Shown here in pieces: positions 9,726 to 18,946 of a DNA stretch of 64,000 nucleotides. The position numbers and the translations under genes were made by a program. Within the stretch, counting starts at the first letter, position 1; every line of letters starts with the position of its first letter. The notes under the pieces are model-generated. The model did no database searches. It had not been told where the DNA came from and worked only from the letters and a program-made list of their open reading frames with translations. Source of the stretch: Bacillota bacterium (GTDB lineage Bacteria > Bacillota > Clostridia > Acetivibrionales > DTU013); the NCBI GenBank assembly GCA_023435745.1, contig JAEZMD010000003.1:29923-93922 (forward strand). Reading direction: 5' to 3'.

Positions 9726-10946
9726 TTATTCCTTCCCCTTTTCCTTCTCCATCATCAGTGCTCTGACCTTAATCGGCAGACCGAACAGATTGATGAAGCC
9801 CTCTGCATCCTTCTGATTGTAAACCGCATCCCTTCCAAAGGTGGAGAGCTCCTCACTATACAGGGAATATGGCGATTGCGCACCGGCCGGCATACAGTTA
9901 CCCTTGTAGAGCTTCATGCGCACTGTGCCGGTGACAGTCTTCTGCGTGCTGTCAACAAAAGCGGAAAGCGCTTCTCTGAGCGGAGTGTACCATTGCCCGA
10001 AATAGACCAGCTCGGCAAACCTCTGTGATACTATGTCCTTGTAATGCAGCGTGTCTCTGTCAAGGCAAAGCAGCTCAAGTTCTCTGTGCGCCGCATAGAG
10101 GATTGTGCCGCCCGGTGTTTCATATACGCCTCTGGATTTCATACCCACAAGTCTGTTTTCAACCATGTCGATTATCCCTACGCCATTGGCGCCGCCGAGC
10201 CTGTTGAGCACGTCTATCAATTCGATGGGAGCATATTCTATACCATTGACCTTTTTCGGGATACCCTGCTCAAAATATATTTCAACATAGGTTGGCTTAT
10301 CGGGAGCCTTTTCCGGTGAAACCATGAGCTTGAGCAGCCTGTCATACTGAGGCTCGTTCCAGGGATCCTCCAGGTCGGAGCCTTCATGGCTAAGGTGCCA
10401 GAGGTTCCTGTCCATGCTGTAGTTATCCTTTTTTGTAACCGGTATCGGAATATTTCTGGCTGTCGCATAGTCAATGGCATCTTCTCTGGATTTGATGTCC
10501 CATATCCTCCAGGGAGCTATGATTTTCAAATGCGGAGCAAGCGCTTTGACAGTCAGCTCAAAACGCACCTGGTCGTTGCCCTTGCCGGTTGCGCCATGGC
10601 AAATGGCTGTCGCGCCTTCCTTCAAAGCTATCTCAACCATTCTTTTGGCGATGATCGGCCTTGCAAAGGAAGTGCCCAGAAGGTATTTTCCTTCATAAAC
10701 CGCATTTGCCTTCAGCGTGGGATAAATAAAGTCAGTGATGAATTCTTCCTGAAGGTCCTCAATATATATTTTGCTGGCGCCTGTTTTGATCGCCTTTTCA
10801 TTCAGCGGAGCCAGTTCTTCACCCTGTCCCACATCTCCTGCCATTGCGATGACCTCGTAATCATAGTTTTCCTTCAGCCACGGAATGATAATTGATGTAT
10901 CCAAACCGCCTGAGTATGCAAGCACTACTTTTTCCTTCCGACTCAT
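9726..10946 (-). CDS. argG: argininosuccinate synthase
   Basis: [18 protein letters not shown] (ATP pyrophosphatase motif), and 406 aa collinear with ArgG throughout. GGAGGA RBS lies before the ATG. Confidence 0.95.
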   Translation of the reverse strand: MSRKEKVVLAYSGGLDTSIIIPWLKENYDYEVIAMAGDVGQGEELAPLNEKAIKTGASKIYIEDLQEEFITDFIYPTLKANAVYEGKYLLGTSFARPIIAKRMVEIALKEGATAICHGATGKGNDQVRFELTVKALAPHLKIIAPWRIWDIKSREDAIDYATARNIPIPVTKKDNYSMDRNLWHLSHEGSDLEDPWNEPQYDRLLKLMVSPEKAPDKPTYVEIYFEQGIPKKVNGIEYAPIELIDVLNRLGGANGVGIIDMVENRLVGMKSRGVYETPGGTILYAAHRELELLCLDRDTLHYKDIVSQRFAELVYFGQWYTPLREALSAFVDSTQKTVTGTVRMKLYKGNCMPAGAQSPYSLYSEELSTFGRDAVYNQKDAEGFINLFGLPIKVRALMMEKEKGKE

Positions 10947-11007
10947 ATGAATTCCTCCGTAACTATGCTAAAATGTTAACAAGTACTATTTTACTCAATA
11001 TGGTACC

Positions 11008-11055
11008 ATTATACAACACGATGCATAAATATGCAACACTAATTATAAATATACA
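11008..11055 (-). promoter_or_regulatory. argGH promoter with two ARG-box-like operators (candidate ArgR/AhrC site)
   Basis: Minus strand: -35 TTGCAT (11036..11031), 17-nt spacer, -10 TATAAT (11013..11008). A perfect palindrome TGCATAaaTATGCA (11022..11035) overlaps the -35. A degenerate copy ATTATAAATATACA (11042..11055, 10/14) lies 20 bp away. The resemblance to ARG boxes is from memory of the consensus. Confidence 0.5.
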
Positions 11056-11102
11056 CAAAGGTATCAGGAGGCACCGAATAACCCGGACAAGGATGTGTAC
11101 AA

Positions 11103-11594
11103 ATGATTATTATGGGGATCGACCCTGGATTTGCAATAACGGGATATGGTATAGTAAAATATGAGGGGAACAAATTTTCGCCCCTGGAATACGGCGCGGT
11201 GCTGACAAAGGCCGAAACGCCTTTTGCGAAGAGACTTTTACAGTTGGATGAAGAGCTTGCTCAGGTGATTAATAAATACAGGCCGCAGGCAATATCGGTG
11301 GAGGAGCTGTTTTTCAGCAAAAACATCAAAACGGCAATCATGGCTGCCCACGGCAGGGGAATTGCAATGGCCGCGGCTGCCAGATCAGGCGCCGAGGTTT
11401 TCGAGTATACGCCGTTGCAGGTGAAGCAGGCGGTGGTGGGCTATGGCCGGGCGGAGAAGGCACAGGTACAGCAGATGGTGAAGGCGATCCTCAATTTGCC
11501 TGCCGTCCCAAAACCGGATGATGTGGCGGATGCGCTTGCGGTTGCCATATGTCATGGCCACTCGGCAAAGCTTGCGGGGTTGGGTTACCAATAG
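11103..11594 (+). CDS. ruvC: Holliday-junction resolvase RuvC
   Basis: [18 protein letters not shown]... with the catalytic Asp-containing N-terminus, and ...[12 protein letters not shown] near the C-terminus. 163 aa. Confidence 0.9.
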   Translation: MIIMGIDPGFAITGYGIVKYEGNKFSPLEYGAVLTKAETPFAKRLLQLDEELAQVINKYRPQAISVEELFFSKNIKTAIMAAHGRGIAMAAAARSGAEVFEYTPLQVKQAVVGYGRAEKAQVQQMVKAILNLPAVPKPDDVADALAVAICHGHSAKLAGLGYQ

Positions 11595-11689
11595 AATAAG
11601 GGGATAGAACAGTGGACAGTTCTCTGTTCTGACTCCGGGGTACATTATAAAATAGAGAACCGTCCCCGGTTCTAAAGCGGAGGATCAAC

Positions 11690-12295
11690 ATGTATGCATA
11701 CATAAAAGGTAGTCTGGAAGCCAGAGGCAAGGATCATATCATTATTGAAGCCGGCGGAATCGGCTATAAGGTTTTTGTCCCTCTGACCACTTTGGAGGCG
11801 GCAGGACAACCGGGACATGAATTCAAGATTTTCACGTATCTCTATGTCAGAGAGGATATCATGAGCCTGTTTGGATTTGCCACACAGGAGGAGCTTGGAA
11901 TGTTTGAACTGCTGCTCACTGTATCGGGGGTCGGTCCAAAGGTCGCGCTGTCACTGCTGTCAGCGGTTTCTCCATCCAGATTCGGACTTGCCGTAATCAC
12001 AGACGACGCCAAAACTCTGACCATGGCGCAGGGTGTTGGTGCAAAGGTAGCTCAGAGGATCATCCTGGAACTGAAGGACAAGATCAAGAAGGAGCAATTG
12101 GCTATGGCAGCCGGGATCGGACCGGATAAATCCAAAGCCTCGCCGGGAGGATCCAGACTTTCAGAAGCAGTCAGCGCGCTTATGGTCCTGGGCTATTCAC
12201 CTGCTGAAGCCAGCAATGCGGTGGCTTCAGTGTACTCGGATGAACTTGATCTGGAGACGATTATAAGGAGTTCTTTGAAGGGACTGATACGATGA
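11690..12295 (+). CDS. ruvA: Holliday-junction branch-migration protein RuvA
   Basis: MYAYIKGSLE...GIGYKVFVP, the HhH region LLTVSGVGPKVALSLLS, and a C-terminal domain III. 201 aa, located upstream of ruvB. Confidence 0.9.
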   Translation: MYAYIKGSLEARGKDHIIIEAGGIGYKVFVPLTTLEAAGQPGHEFKIFTYLYVREDIMSLFGFATQEELGMFELLLTVSGVGPKVALSLLSAVSPSRFGLAVITDDAKTLTMAQGVGAKVAQRIILELKDKIKKEQLAMAAGIGPDKSKASPGGSRLSEAVSALMVLGYSPAEASNAVASVYSDELDLETIIRSSLKGLIR

Positions 12296-12356
12296 GAAGC
12301 AGAGGGCATTACCCGGCTCCTGCCTGTGTATTAATACTTAAACGGGGGAAGTACAG

Positions 12357-13388
12357 ATGGATGAAGAGAGACTGATTGAAGCGAATCCTGTCAGTGAAGA
12401 CATTGATGATACCAGCTTGCGGCCGAAAAAATTCGATGAATATATTGGACAGACAAAAGCGAAGGAAAACCTGAATATTTTCATTGAAGCCGCCAAAAAG
12501 CGTAAGGAAGCATTGGACCATGTCCTGCTTTATGGACCGCCCGGACTTGGCAAGACCACTTTGGCTGGCATTATAGCTTCGGAATTGGGCGTGAATCTCA
12601 GGATTACCTCCGGTCCCGCTATAGAAAAGCCCGGCGACCTGGCGGCTATATTGACCAACCTTGGCAGCTACGATGTGCTTTTCATCGATGAGATTCACCG
12701 GCTTAACAGGAGCGTTGAGGAGATTTTGTACCCGGCAATGGAGGATTACGCCCTTGATATCATCATAGGCAAGGGGCCAAGCGCCCGCTCTATCAGGTTA
12801 GATCTTCCGAAATTTACTCTGGTCGGAGCGACAACAAGAGCGGGATTGCTGACAGCTCCGCTGCGAGACAGGTTTGGCGTTATCAACAGACTGGAAATGT
12901 ACAATAATGAAGAATTGACGCGTATTGTAAAACGTTCCGCGGGCATACTGAACATTGCCACAGAGGAGAAGGGCGCCATGGAAATTGCCCGCAGATCCAG
13001 GGGGACTCCCAGAATTGCCAACAGGCTGCTTAAAAGGGTGCGCGATTTTGCGCAGGTCAAGGCCGACGGCATCATTGACGAGTCAGTGGCAGCGATTGCG
13101 CTCAGCGCTTTGGAAATCGATGAGATTGGACTGGACAACAACGACAGGTGCATGCTATGCAGCATTATTGAGAAATTTGACGGAGGGCCGGTGGGTCTGG
13201 ACACGTTGGCAGCCTGCATCGGAGAGGAGTCGGAAACCATCGAAGATGTTTACGAGCCGTATCTGCTGCAGCTGGGCTTTATCAATAAAACACCGAGGGG
13301 CCGGATGGCGACGAAATTGGCGTATGACCATCTGGGATTTAAAATGAAAAAGGAACCCTATGGGCAGGAGGAAATGAAGTTCGAATGA
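12357..13388 (+). CDS. ruvB: Holliday-junction ATP-dependent DNA helicase RuvB
   Basis: [12 protein letters not shown], Walker [10 protein letters not shown], Walker [10 protein letters not shown], and sensor [18 protein letters not shown]. 343 aa. Confidence 0.95.
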   Translation: MDEERLIEANPVSEDIDDTSLRPKKFDEYIGQTKAKENLNIFIEAAKKRKEALDHVLLYGPPGLGKTTLAGIIASELGVNLRITSGPAIEKPGDLAAILTNLGSYDVLFIDEIHRLNRSVEEILYPAMEDYALDIIIGKGPSARSIRLDLPKFTLVGATTRAGLLTAPLRDRFGVINRLEMYNNEELTRIVKRSAGILNIATEEKGAMEIARRSRGTPRIANRLLKRVRDFAQVKADGIIDESVAAIALSALEIDEIGLDNNDRCMLCSIIEKFDGGPVGLDTLAACIGEESETIEDVYEPYLLQLGFINKTPRGRMATKLAYDHLGFKMKKEPYGQEEMKFE

Positions 13389-13404
13389 AGCTACTGATGC
13401 ATAT
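13374..13404 (+). repeat. direct repeat copy 1 (ATGAAGTTCGAATGAAGCTACTGATGCATAT)
   Basis: 30/31 identical to 16521..16551 in the same orientation. It contains the last ruvB codons plus the TGA. On the other strand it contains the last codons and stop of the GT-C gene. Confidence 0.9.
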
Positions 13405-15034
13405 CAACTGTGTCAATGAGCTTCAACATATTGAAACCGTCAACATCAGCGGCTTCAATATAATTGTGTACAATGAAATCCTCCCACTGCTGCTTGTTGT
13501 CTAGAAACCCCAGAAATTCCTCATACCATAAGGGATCTACAATCAGCATTACCGGATGCCTTTGCAACAACTCGCTCACAGCCTCTGCTACCATCTCTTT
13601 TCTCCTCTGCGTTGTAAAGGACTCAAGATTTATTGGAAGGTAGCTGTATTTTGACGCAGCTAAACGTTTCGCCCTGTAGAGTACTGTAGTTGCTCCTGAA
13701 TAAGTGAGGAAGTATATACGGTCATCCGGTTCTGTATTTTCAACAATATAACGACTTAGCTTATAAGATATCGTATCTTGAATATAAGCGGCTTTTTGCA
13801 GGCTGGTGATTATGACCTTGTTATTGCTTTGGATATTATTAAGCGAAAGAGACAGGCAAATTCCGGAGATAACAACAATAGAAGTAAATTTCAGTCCGGC
13901 AGCTTTTTTATTCAGTATCAGGAGCAGCTTTAGAACCAGCTTGTATAATATGTCCCAGAAGATAACGGAAGGTATCAAAATGATAGGTATAAAGCTCATA
14001 TAATAATGCGGATGGTACACTCCTGAGATTGAGTTCGCATAGATATTTAGAGCAAAAGCAAAAGTTGAAGAAATTAACAACAACAGCCTTTCGATTTTGA
14101 TTTGCTTTCTTGTTGACGCCATATAGACTGCTGTGATTATAAAGAAAAAAAACAATATGTAAAGATATGAATTGTTCAACTTGGCCATCATCCGCAATGT
14201 GACCTTCAGCTTTACATGCACAGTAGGAGGATTAAAGCCTTTCATTACGCCAAGATATGCACTATTCAGGCATGCGGTAAGTGCATTGTTTCTATACAAG
14301 TAAAAAGCTATCGGAATGGCAACCGAAATCATACCGGTCAAAACCAGTAATCCGTAGTTTATGATTGCCATATAATTTCGCTCTACAATCAGCACGGTTA
14401 TTAAAACCAACCCAAATGCTGCAAATGCTGCAACGAGATTTGCACGCAATAAAAACGCTCCGGCAAACATGGCGCCGGATATAGTACATTGATACCATTT
14501 CAGAGAATAGTTCTGAAAATAGAATTTTGATAAAATATAAATACCGGCACAAATAAAAGGAAGTGCGTACTCCTCCGAAAGGTTACCCCTTTCCAGCAGC
14601 AGTGGGAGCATTAAAAAAGTGTATATTACAGAAATAACCGATACACCTCGCCCTGCAAACAGTCTTGCCGTATTGTATGCAAACAGTACAGCAATATATA
14701 GCGAAAGTAATTCAATCAGGAATATTCCATATCTCTCATGTATCAAAACTCCAAAAAAGTTAATGAAATAAAGCAGAGGGCCCTTGTTTTCCCACAGTTC
14801 TGTGTAAAGCACAAGCCCTTTCTTAATTCCAAAGCCGATATATGCAAAAATACCGGCATCATGTCCGAGATTAAAATCCGAAAAAGGCATGAAATGGCTT
14901 TGCAGAGAAAGATACAATGCAAGAATTAACATGAACATGTAAATTAATACATCACGAAATCGAGAAAATGTTTCAGCTCCCTTGGCGAATTGGCCTTGTG
15001 GCATTATACCTCCTGATTTTTCTTTGATAATCAT
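13391..15034 (-). CDS. polytopic membrane glycosyltransferase, GT-C-like (ArnT/PMT/GtrC-type partner)
   Basis: 547 aa. Many hydrophobic helices span roughly the first 400 aa, followed by a soluble C-terminal domain of about 130 aa. An Asp-containing early loop reads FNLGHDAGIFAYIG. It lies immediately downstream of the GtrA-like and GT2 genes. The family call rests on architecture and context, not motif-level homology. An alternative start is ATG 15004, behind AGGAGG. Confidence 0.6.
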   Translation of the reverse strand: MIIKEKSGGIMPQGQFAKGAETFSRFRDVLIYMFMLILALYLSLQSHFMPFSDFNLGHDAGIFAYIGFGIKKGLVLYTELWENKGPLLYFINFFGVLIHERYGIFLIELLSLYIAVLFAYNTARLFAGRGVSVISVIYTFLMLPLLLERGNLSEEYALPFICAGIYILSKFYFQNYSLKWYQCTISGAMFAGAFLLRANLVAAFAAFGLVLITVLIVERNYMAIINYGLLVLTGMISVAIPIAFYLYRNNALTACLNSAYLGVMKGFNPPTVHVKLKVTLRMMAKLNNSYLYILFFFFIITAVYMASTRKQIKIERLLLLISSTFAFALNIYANSISGVYHPHYYMSFIPIILIPSVIFWDILYKLVLKLLLILNKKAAGLKFTSIVVISGICLSLSLNNIQSNNKVIITSLQKAAYIQDTISYKLSRYIVENTEPDDRIYFLTYSGATTVLYRAKRLAASKYSYLPINLESFTTQRRKEMVAEAVSELLQRHPVMLIVDPLWYEEFLGFLDNKQQWEDFIVHNYIEAADVDGFNMLKLIDTVDMHQ

Positions 15035-15042
15035 TTACTTCT

Positions 15043-15798
15043 TTATATTATTCCTAGACGAAGTTTAAAAGCAGTGATAATACTGCTCTTTATGGTCTTC
15101 ATGACACTCAGTTTACTTTTGCCCTGTTTGAAATCATATCTTAGGATAAACGGAACTTCAGAAAATTCTGCTCCGGACTTGTATAGCTTATAAAGTATTT
15201 CCATCATACAGGCGAAGGAATTCTGGGTAATAATACTGTCTCCATATAAATTGAAAGACCTTCTTAAAATATCATAGGTATATGCCCTGTATCCACAGGT
15301 ATAATCCTTTACCGAAGGTATAGGTAGTAAGAGCTTATAATAAAATTTTGCTCCAAGACTCAGAAAATTCCGGTAACCCGGTACGCCAACAACATCTGAA
15401 CCTTGAAGATAACGTGATGCAATAGTGCAGTCAAAACCCTGCTCAAGTTTGTCCAGCAGGGCTGCCGCATATTTGGGGTCATGGGTATTATCTCCATCCA
15501 TGACAAAACATATATCACCAGACCTGAACTCATCAAGAAAATATCTGAATCCAGTAGATATTGCACCACCTAGTCCGGTGTTTTTCTCATGCGCAATTAG
15601 AATGACTCTCTCATTTTGTCCGGCTAATTTTTCGACTATAGCTTTTGTAGAATCAGTACTCTTGTCATCAATCACGAGAATGTAAAGTTCATAACCTTTT
15701 TGTCCCAGCTTATCTGTTTCATTCAGCCAGGCGTTTACCAAATCACGAATATTTTTCTCCTCATTATAGCAAGGTAGAATCGCTAGTATTTTTTCCAT
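15043..15798 (-). CDS. GT2 polyprenyl-phosphate sugar synthase (GtrB/CsbB/DPM1-like)
   Basis: ILPCYNEEKNI, VIDDKSTD and FVMDGDNTHDP (DxD) match the classic GT2 family-2 fold. 251 aa. Confidence 0.85.
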   Translation of the reverse strand: MEKILAILPCYNEEKNIRDLVNAWLNETDKLGQKGYELYILVIDDKSTDSTKAIVEKLAGQNERVILIAHEKNTGLGGAISTGFRYFLDEFRSGDICFVMDGDNTHDPKYAAALLDKLEQGFDCTIASRYLQGSDVVGVPGYRNFLSLGAKFYYKLLLPIPSVKDYTCGYRAYTYDILRRSFNLYGDSIITQNSFACMMEILYKLYKSGAEFSEVPFILRYDFKQGKSKLSVMKTIKSSIITAFKLRLGII

Positions 15799-16237
15799 CC
15801 GTATCCCCGCCTCTTTTTTTAATTAGATTAAAAAGAAGTTTTCTTATTTCATAAAGTACGAAAAATGGTATTGCTATGGAAAACCCCTTACTTATAAGCA
15901 GATTCAGGTTCTTATCAAGACTGTGCGGAAGTGATTCGCTAGAAAGCCAAATAATCCAGTCCGCCAACAGCAAACCAAATAGAAATGTTCCGATAAATAT
16001 AAGAAAACCTGGAATTCCGTACTCTATAAAAAACACATATCTGGAAACCAGAAAGTACTGTAAAATAGAGCCTGAGACCACACCAATCGTATTCGCCCCT
16101 ACAATTCCCATGTTAAGACTATTACGCAATATCCATACAATAGATATATCCAGAATAGTAACAATTACGGAAATACAAAAATAATTAATGATATTTCTAT
16201 TCTTTTTAACCAAGCCGGTTAATTTATCAACAAACAT
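15764..16237 (-). CDS. GtrA/GtcA-family small membrane protein
   Basis: 157 aa with four hydrophobic helices. It is the first gene of the three-gene unit and overlaps the GT2 start by 35 nt. Size, topology and context fit the GtrA family. Confidence 0.75.
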   Translation of the reverse strand: MFVDKLTGLVKKNRNIINYFCISVIVTILDISIVWILRNSLNMGIVGANTIGVVSGSILQYFLVSRYVFFIEYGIPGFLIFIGTFLFGLLLADWIIWLSSESLPHSLDKNLNLLISKGFSIAIPFFVLYEIRKLLFNLIKKRGGDTDGKNTSDSTLL

Positions 16238-16287
16238 AATCCACCAAATAATGACAATTTAATATTTGATTTCTTTAATCTTGACAA

Positions 16288-16316
16288 ATTTTATATTAAT
16301 TATGCACAAAAGTCAA
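16288..16316 (-). promoter_or_regulatory. sigma-A-like promoter for the GtrA/GT2/GT-C unit
   Basis: Minus strand: TTGACT (16316..16311), 17-nt spacer, TAAAAT (16293..16288), about 50 nt upstream of the GtrA-like ATG. The context is AT-rich, so a chance match is possible. Confidence 0.35.
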
Positions 16317-16520
16317 TAGTGTACATATTATAAGTAATTCGTCTTAAATTTGTGAGTAATTTGTCTACGTAATTCACGCCTGCTCATTTTCTGAACTCTC
16401 ACGTAAATAATTTGAGTCTTTGCAGGGAAACAAAAAAAGGCGGAGAAATGTTTAAGATATAGTAGTATAATGTATTGAATGAAACAGAATCCGAAATATT
16501 AAGAAATTGCTTTTGGGGAG

Positions 16521-16551
16521 ATGAAGTTCGAATGAAGCTATTGATGCATAT
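16521..16551 (+). repeat. direct repeat copy 2 (ATGAAGTTCGAATGAAGCTATTGATGCATAT)
   Basis: 30/31 identical to 13374..13404. It contains the queH ATG (16532) and first codons. In another frame it holds a relic ..MKFE* identical to the ruvB C-terminus. Confidence 0.9.
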
Positions 16552-17047
16552 GTGCTGCGCTCCGTGCTCCACATACCCTCTTTCCGTACTGAGGAAGGAG
16601 GGAATCGAGCCGACGGGCGTTTATTTCAACCCCAACATCCACCCGATCGAGGAGTTCCAGAGACGAAGCGCTACCATAAAAAAGTTTGCGGCTATTAAAG
16701 GCTTGACGGTCCAATATTTCGACGATTTCATGCAGCCGGACTGGGAGAAATTTAATGGGCCGGAGGATGCCAGGTGTGCCATGTGCTATGCCATTCGTCT
16801 TCAAAAGTCAGCCGAGCTGGCGGCTTCAGGGGGCTATGAGGCTTTTACGACATCTCTTCTTGTCAGCCCTTATCAAAAACATGATCTTATCAGGCAGCTG
16901 GGTGAAAAATATGCCGGTCAGTATGGCGTCGTCTTCTATTACAGTGATTTCCGACCAGGCTTCAGGAAGGGCCAGTCGGAGGCAAGGGAATTAGGCCTCT
17001 ATCGCCAGAAATATTGCGGTTGCATCATTTCGCTCAAAGGAAAATAG
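16532..17047 (+). CDS. queH: epoxyqueuosine reductase QueH (DUF208)
   Basis: The N-terminal MKLLMHMCCAPCS and the C-terminal YRQKYCGCIIS Cys cluster form the QueH/DUF208 signature. I trimmed the ORF-track start 16475 to ATG 16532. Confidence 0.88.
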   Translation: MKLLMHMCCAPCSTYPLSVLRKEGIEPTGVYFNPNIHPIEEFQRRSATIKKFAAIKGLTVQYFDDFMQPDWEKFNGPEDARCAMCYAIRLQKSAELAASGGYEAFTTSLLVSPYQKHDLIRQLGEKYAGQYGVVFYYSDFRPGFRKGQSEARELGLYRQKYCGCIISLKGK

Positions 17048-17180
17048 TGCCTTAACATTCATATTACAATATAGTTAAAATATATTTAAAACTATAGAAA
17101 TATAATCTATTCCGTCGAATTATCTGTTATGATGATATAAACAAACGATAATCTTTTGTAAAATACGACGGGGTGCCATC

Positions 17181-18836
17181 ATGAAGAGGTTCTTATCTGC
17201 CATTCTCACCATTATGCTAATTTTCATGCCAACTGCAAATGCATCTGTTTTTGCGCAAACGGTAGTGGACGCAAACAATGTCAAAGGAGTATTGAAGGAG
17301 GTCCGATATGCGCCGGAGAATGGGTATGAAGTAATCCGACTGTCCATAGACGGGTTTTCGGGCTACACCTATATGGAGTTGGCGGATCCGTATCGAATTG
17401 TGATTGATCTGAATAATACCTCATTAACAAGAAAACCAAATACACTTAAAGCGGGAGGCAAATTGGTCAGCCGCGTCAGGTATGCCCAATTTACCACGAC
17501 CACGACCCGTGTTGTTCTGGATGTGAACGAGGGCTATGATTTCTCCATTGAGACAACTGATACAGGACTTGCCGTTTATGTTGAGGAAAAGAAGACGCCT
17601 GAAGCCCTGAATGACGCCAAGGCTATCATGTTCAGCAAGGAACTGGGTATCAGGTATGTCAAAGACGGATCAAACGATGCGGTATCTTTAACATTGGGTA
17701 AAGTTGACGGGTACAGCGTGTCAAGACTGACAGGTCCGGACAGACTTGTGCTTAACATTCCTGACGCCGGGGTTGTCAGCACGGATAAACAGGTGAAAAC
17801 AGGCTCGGATCAGATCCAGTCCATCAGTTATGAGAAAACCGGAAAAACAGGCGCAAGTATTACATTGGGACTGAGCGGCCAGTACGGGTATGGCTTTGAA
17901 GATTCCGAAAACGGTCTGGTTATGACGGTGCAGAGCCCTTCCTACAAAAATATTGAATATCACAGCTACAGCGACAGGATTCACTTTACACTGAATAATG
18001 CGATGCTCACTGAGGGAGATAAAGAATTGAAGCCTCTGTATGAAGCCGTATACAGTGATAAATCAAGACGGTATACAGTGACCTTTCCTACAGAGCAGGC
18101 GGATCTTGGCGAGGGGATACTTGACATAAACGATTCTTATCTTAAATCCCTTGAGATCAGGAAAAACAATGAGGAAGGCACAACTTCGCTGATATTTACC
18201 AGCAGGGCGAAGAATTCTTATCTTGTTTACACGAGAAGCTCTGGAACAACGGCTATCACAGTAATCAAGCCTGCGGCGGAAAATAAAAAGCCGGTGGTGA
18301 TCGATGCAGGTCATGGCGGTTCTGCAATCGGCACAGCATACGGAAAATTGACAGAGAAGGAGCTGACGCTGGACATTGCGAAGCGTCTGGACACTCTGCT
18401 TGAGAAAAAGGGGATCAATACTTATATGATCAGGTCCGAGGACTGTAATGTGGACAATTACGAGAGGGCATATATTGCGAACATGATAAATGCAAGGCTT
18501 TTTGTCAGCGTGCATATCAACGGTATGGAGTCAAGGAGCTTCAAGGGCACCATGACGTTATACTGCCCCTCCGAGAGCAAAGACTTCACAGGTATGGACC
18601 TGGCAGCCATTGTTCAGAAAAATATGATCAAAGCACTGAAAACAGAGGACATAGGCCTCAGGTCGAGGCCGGATCTGATCGTACTGAGGGAAACCGCTAT
18701 GCCTGCTGTTTTAGCAGAGATTGCCTGTATTACAAACAGCTCTGACAGAGCAAAGCTGCAGACGGAATCCTTCAGACAGAAAGCGGCACAGTCATTATGT
18801 GATTCCGTAGTGGAGGCGCTGCCAAAGGTAAAATGA
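17181..18836 (+). CDS. N-acetylmuramoyl-L-alanine amidase (Amidase_3) with signal peptide and AMIN-like N-terminal domain
   Basis: Signal peptide MKRFLSAILTIMLIFMPTANA. AMIN-like segment ..VIRLSIDGFSGYTYMELADPYRIVIDLNNT. The C-terminal catalytic domain has VVIDAGHGGSAIGT, FVSVHINGM and AVLAEIACITN. It sits upstream of gerM, a CwlD-like context. Confidence 0.85.
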   Translation: MKRFLSAILTIMLIFMPTANASVFAQTVVDANNVKGVLKEVRYAPENGYEVIRLSIDGFSGYTYMELADPYRIVIDLNNTSLTRKPNTLKAGGKLVSRVRYAQFTTTTTRVVLDVNEGYDFSIETTDTGLAVYVEEKKTPEALNDAKAIMFSKELGIRYVKDGSNDAVSLTLGKVDGYSVSRLTGPDRLVLNIPDAGVVSTDKQVKTGSDQIQSISYEKTGKTGASITLGLSGQYGYGFEDSENGLVMTVQSPSYKNIEYHSYSDRIHFTLNNAMLTEGDKELKPLYEAVYSDKSRRYTVTFPTEQADLGEGILDINDSYLKSLEIRKNNEEGTTSLIFTSRAKNSYLVYTRSSGTTAITVIKPAAENKKPVVIDAGHGGSAIGTAYGKLTEKELTLDIAKRLDTLLEKKGINTYMIRSEDCNVDNYERAYIANMINARLFVSVHINGMESRSFKGTMTLYCPSESKDFTGMDLAAIVQKNMIKALKTEDIGLRSRPDLIVLRETAMPAVLAEIACITNSSDRAKLQTESFRQKAAQSLCDSVVEALPKVK

Positions 18837-18912
18837 TTGCAACACAGCTATAATGCGTTTGTAACAAGGCTATTTCAAACAAAAGAAATAGATAAATATT
18901 TATAAAAATACT

Positions 18913-18946
18913 CAGCAGAATTTATGAATTCTACTGATATTTTTTA
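18913..18946 (+). terminator. probable intrinsic terminator after the amidase gene
   Basis: CAGCAGAATT / AATTCTACTG stem (9 of 10 bp), loop TATG, then ATATTTTTT. Confidence 0.5.

Noticed and set aside
11606-11673. Reading the two palindromes before ruvA as canonical LexA (Cheo) boxes
   Set aside because: The half-sites match GAAC/GTTC, but the spacer is 8 nt instead of 4. I keep them as an unexplained operator or RNA-structure candidate, not as a LexA site.
12746-13240. 164-aa minus-strand ORF inside ruvB, plus similar long antisense ORFs at 10386..10895, 18998..19498, 25095..25625, 45573..46100, 55607..56056 and 63259..63693
   Set aside because: Each lies wholly within a confidently assigned gene on the opposite strand. 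None has recognisable motifs or translation signals.
13378-13390. GTTCGAAT motif (also at 16525..16537) that resembles a tRNA T-arm and suggested a tRNA-linked integration site
   Set aside because: No acceptor, D or anticodon arms can be drawn around either copy. Both lie inside coding sequence (ruvB end, queH start). The motif is simply part of the 31-nt direct repeat.
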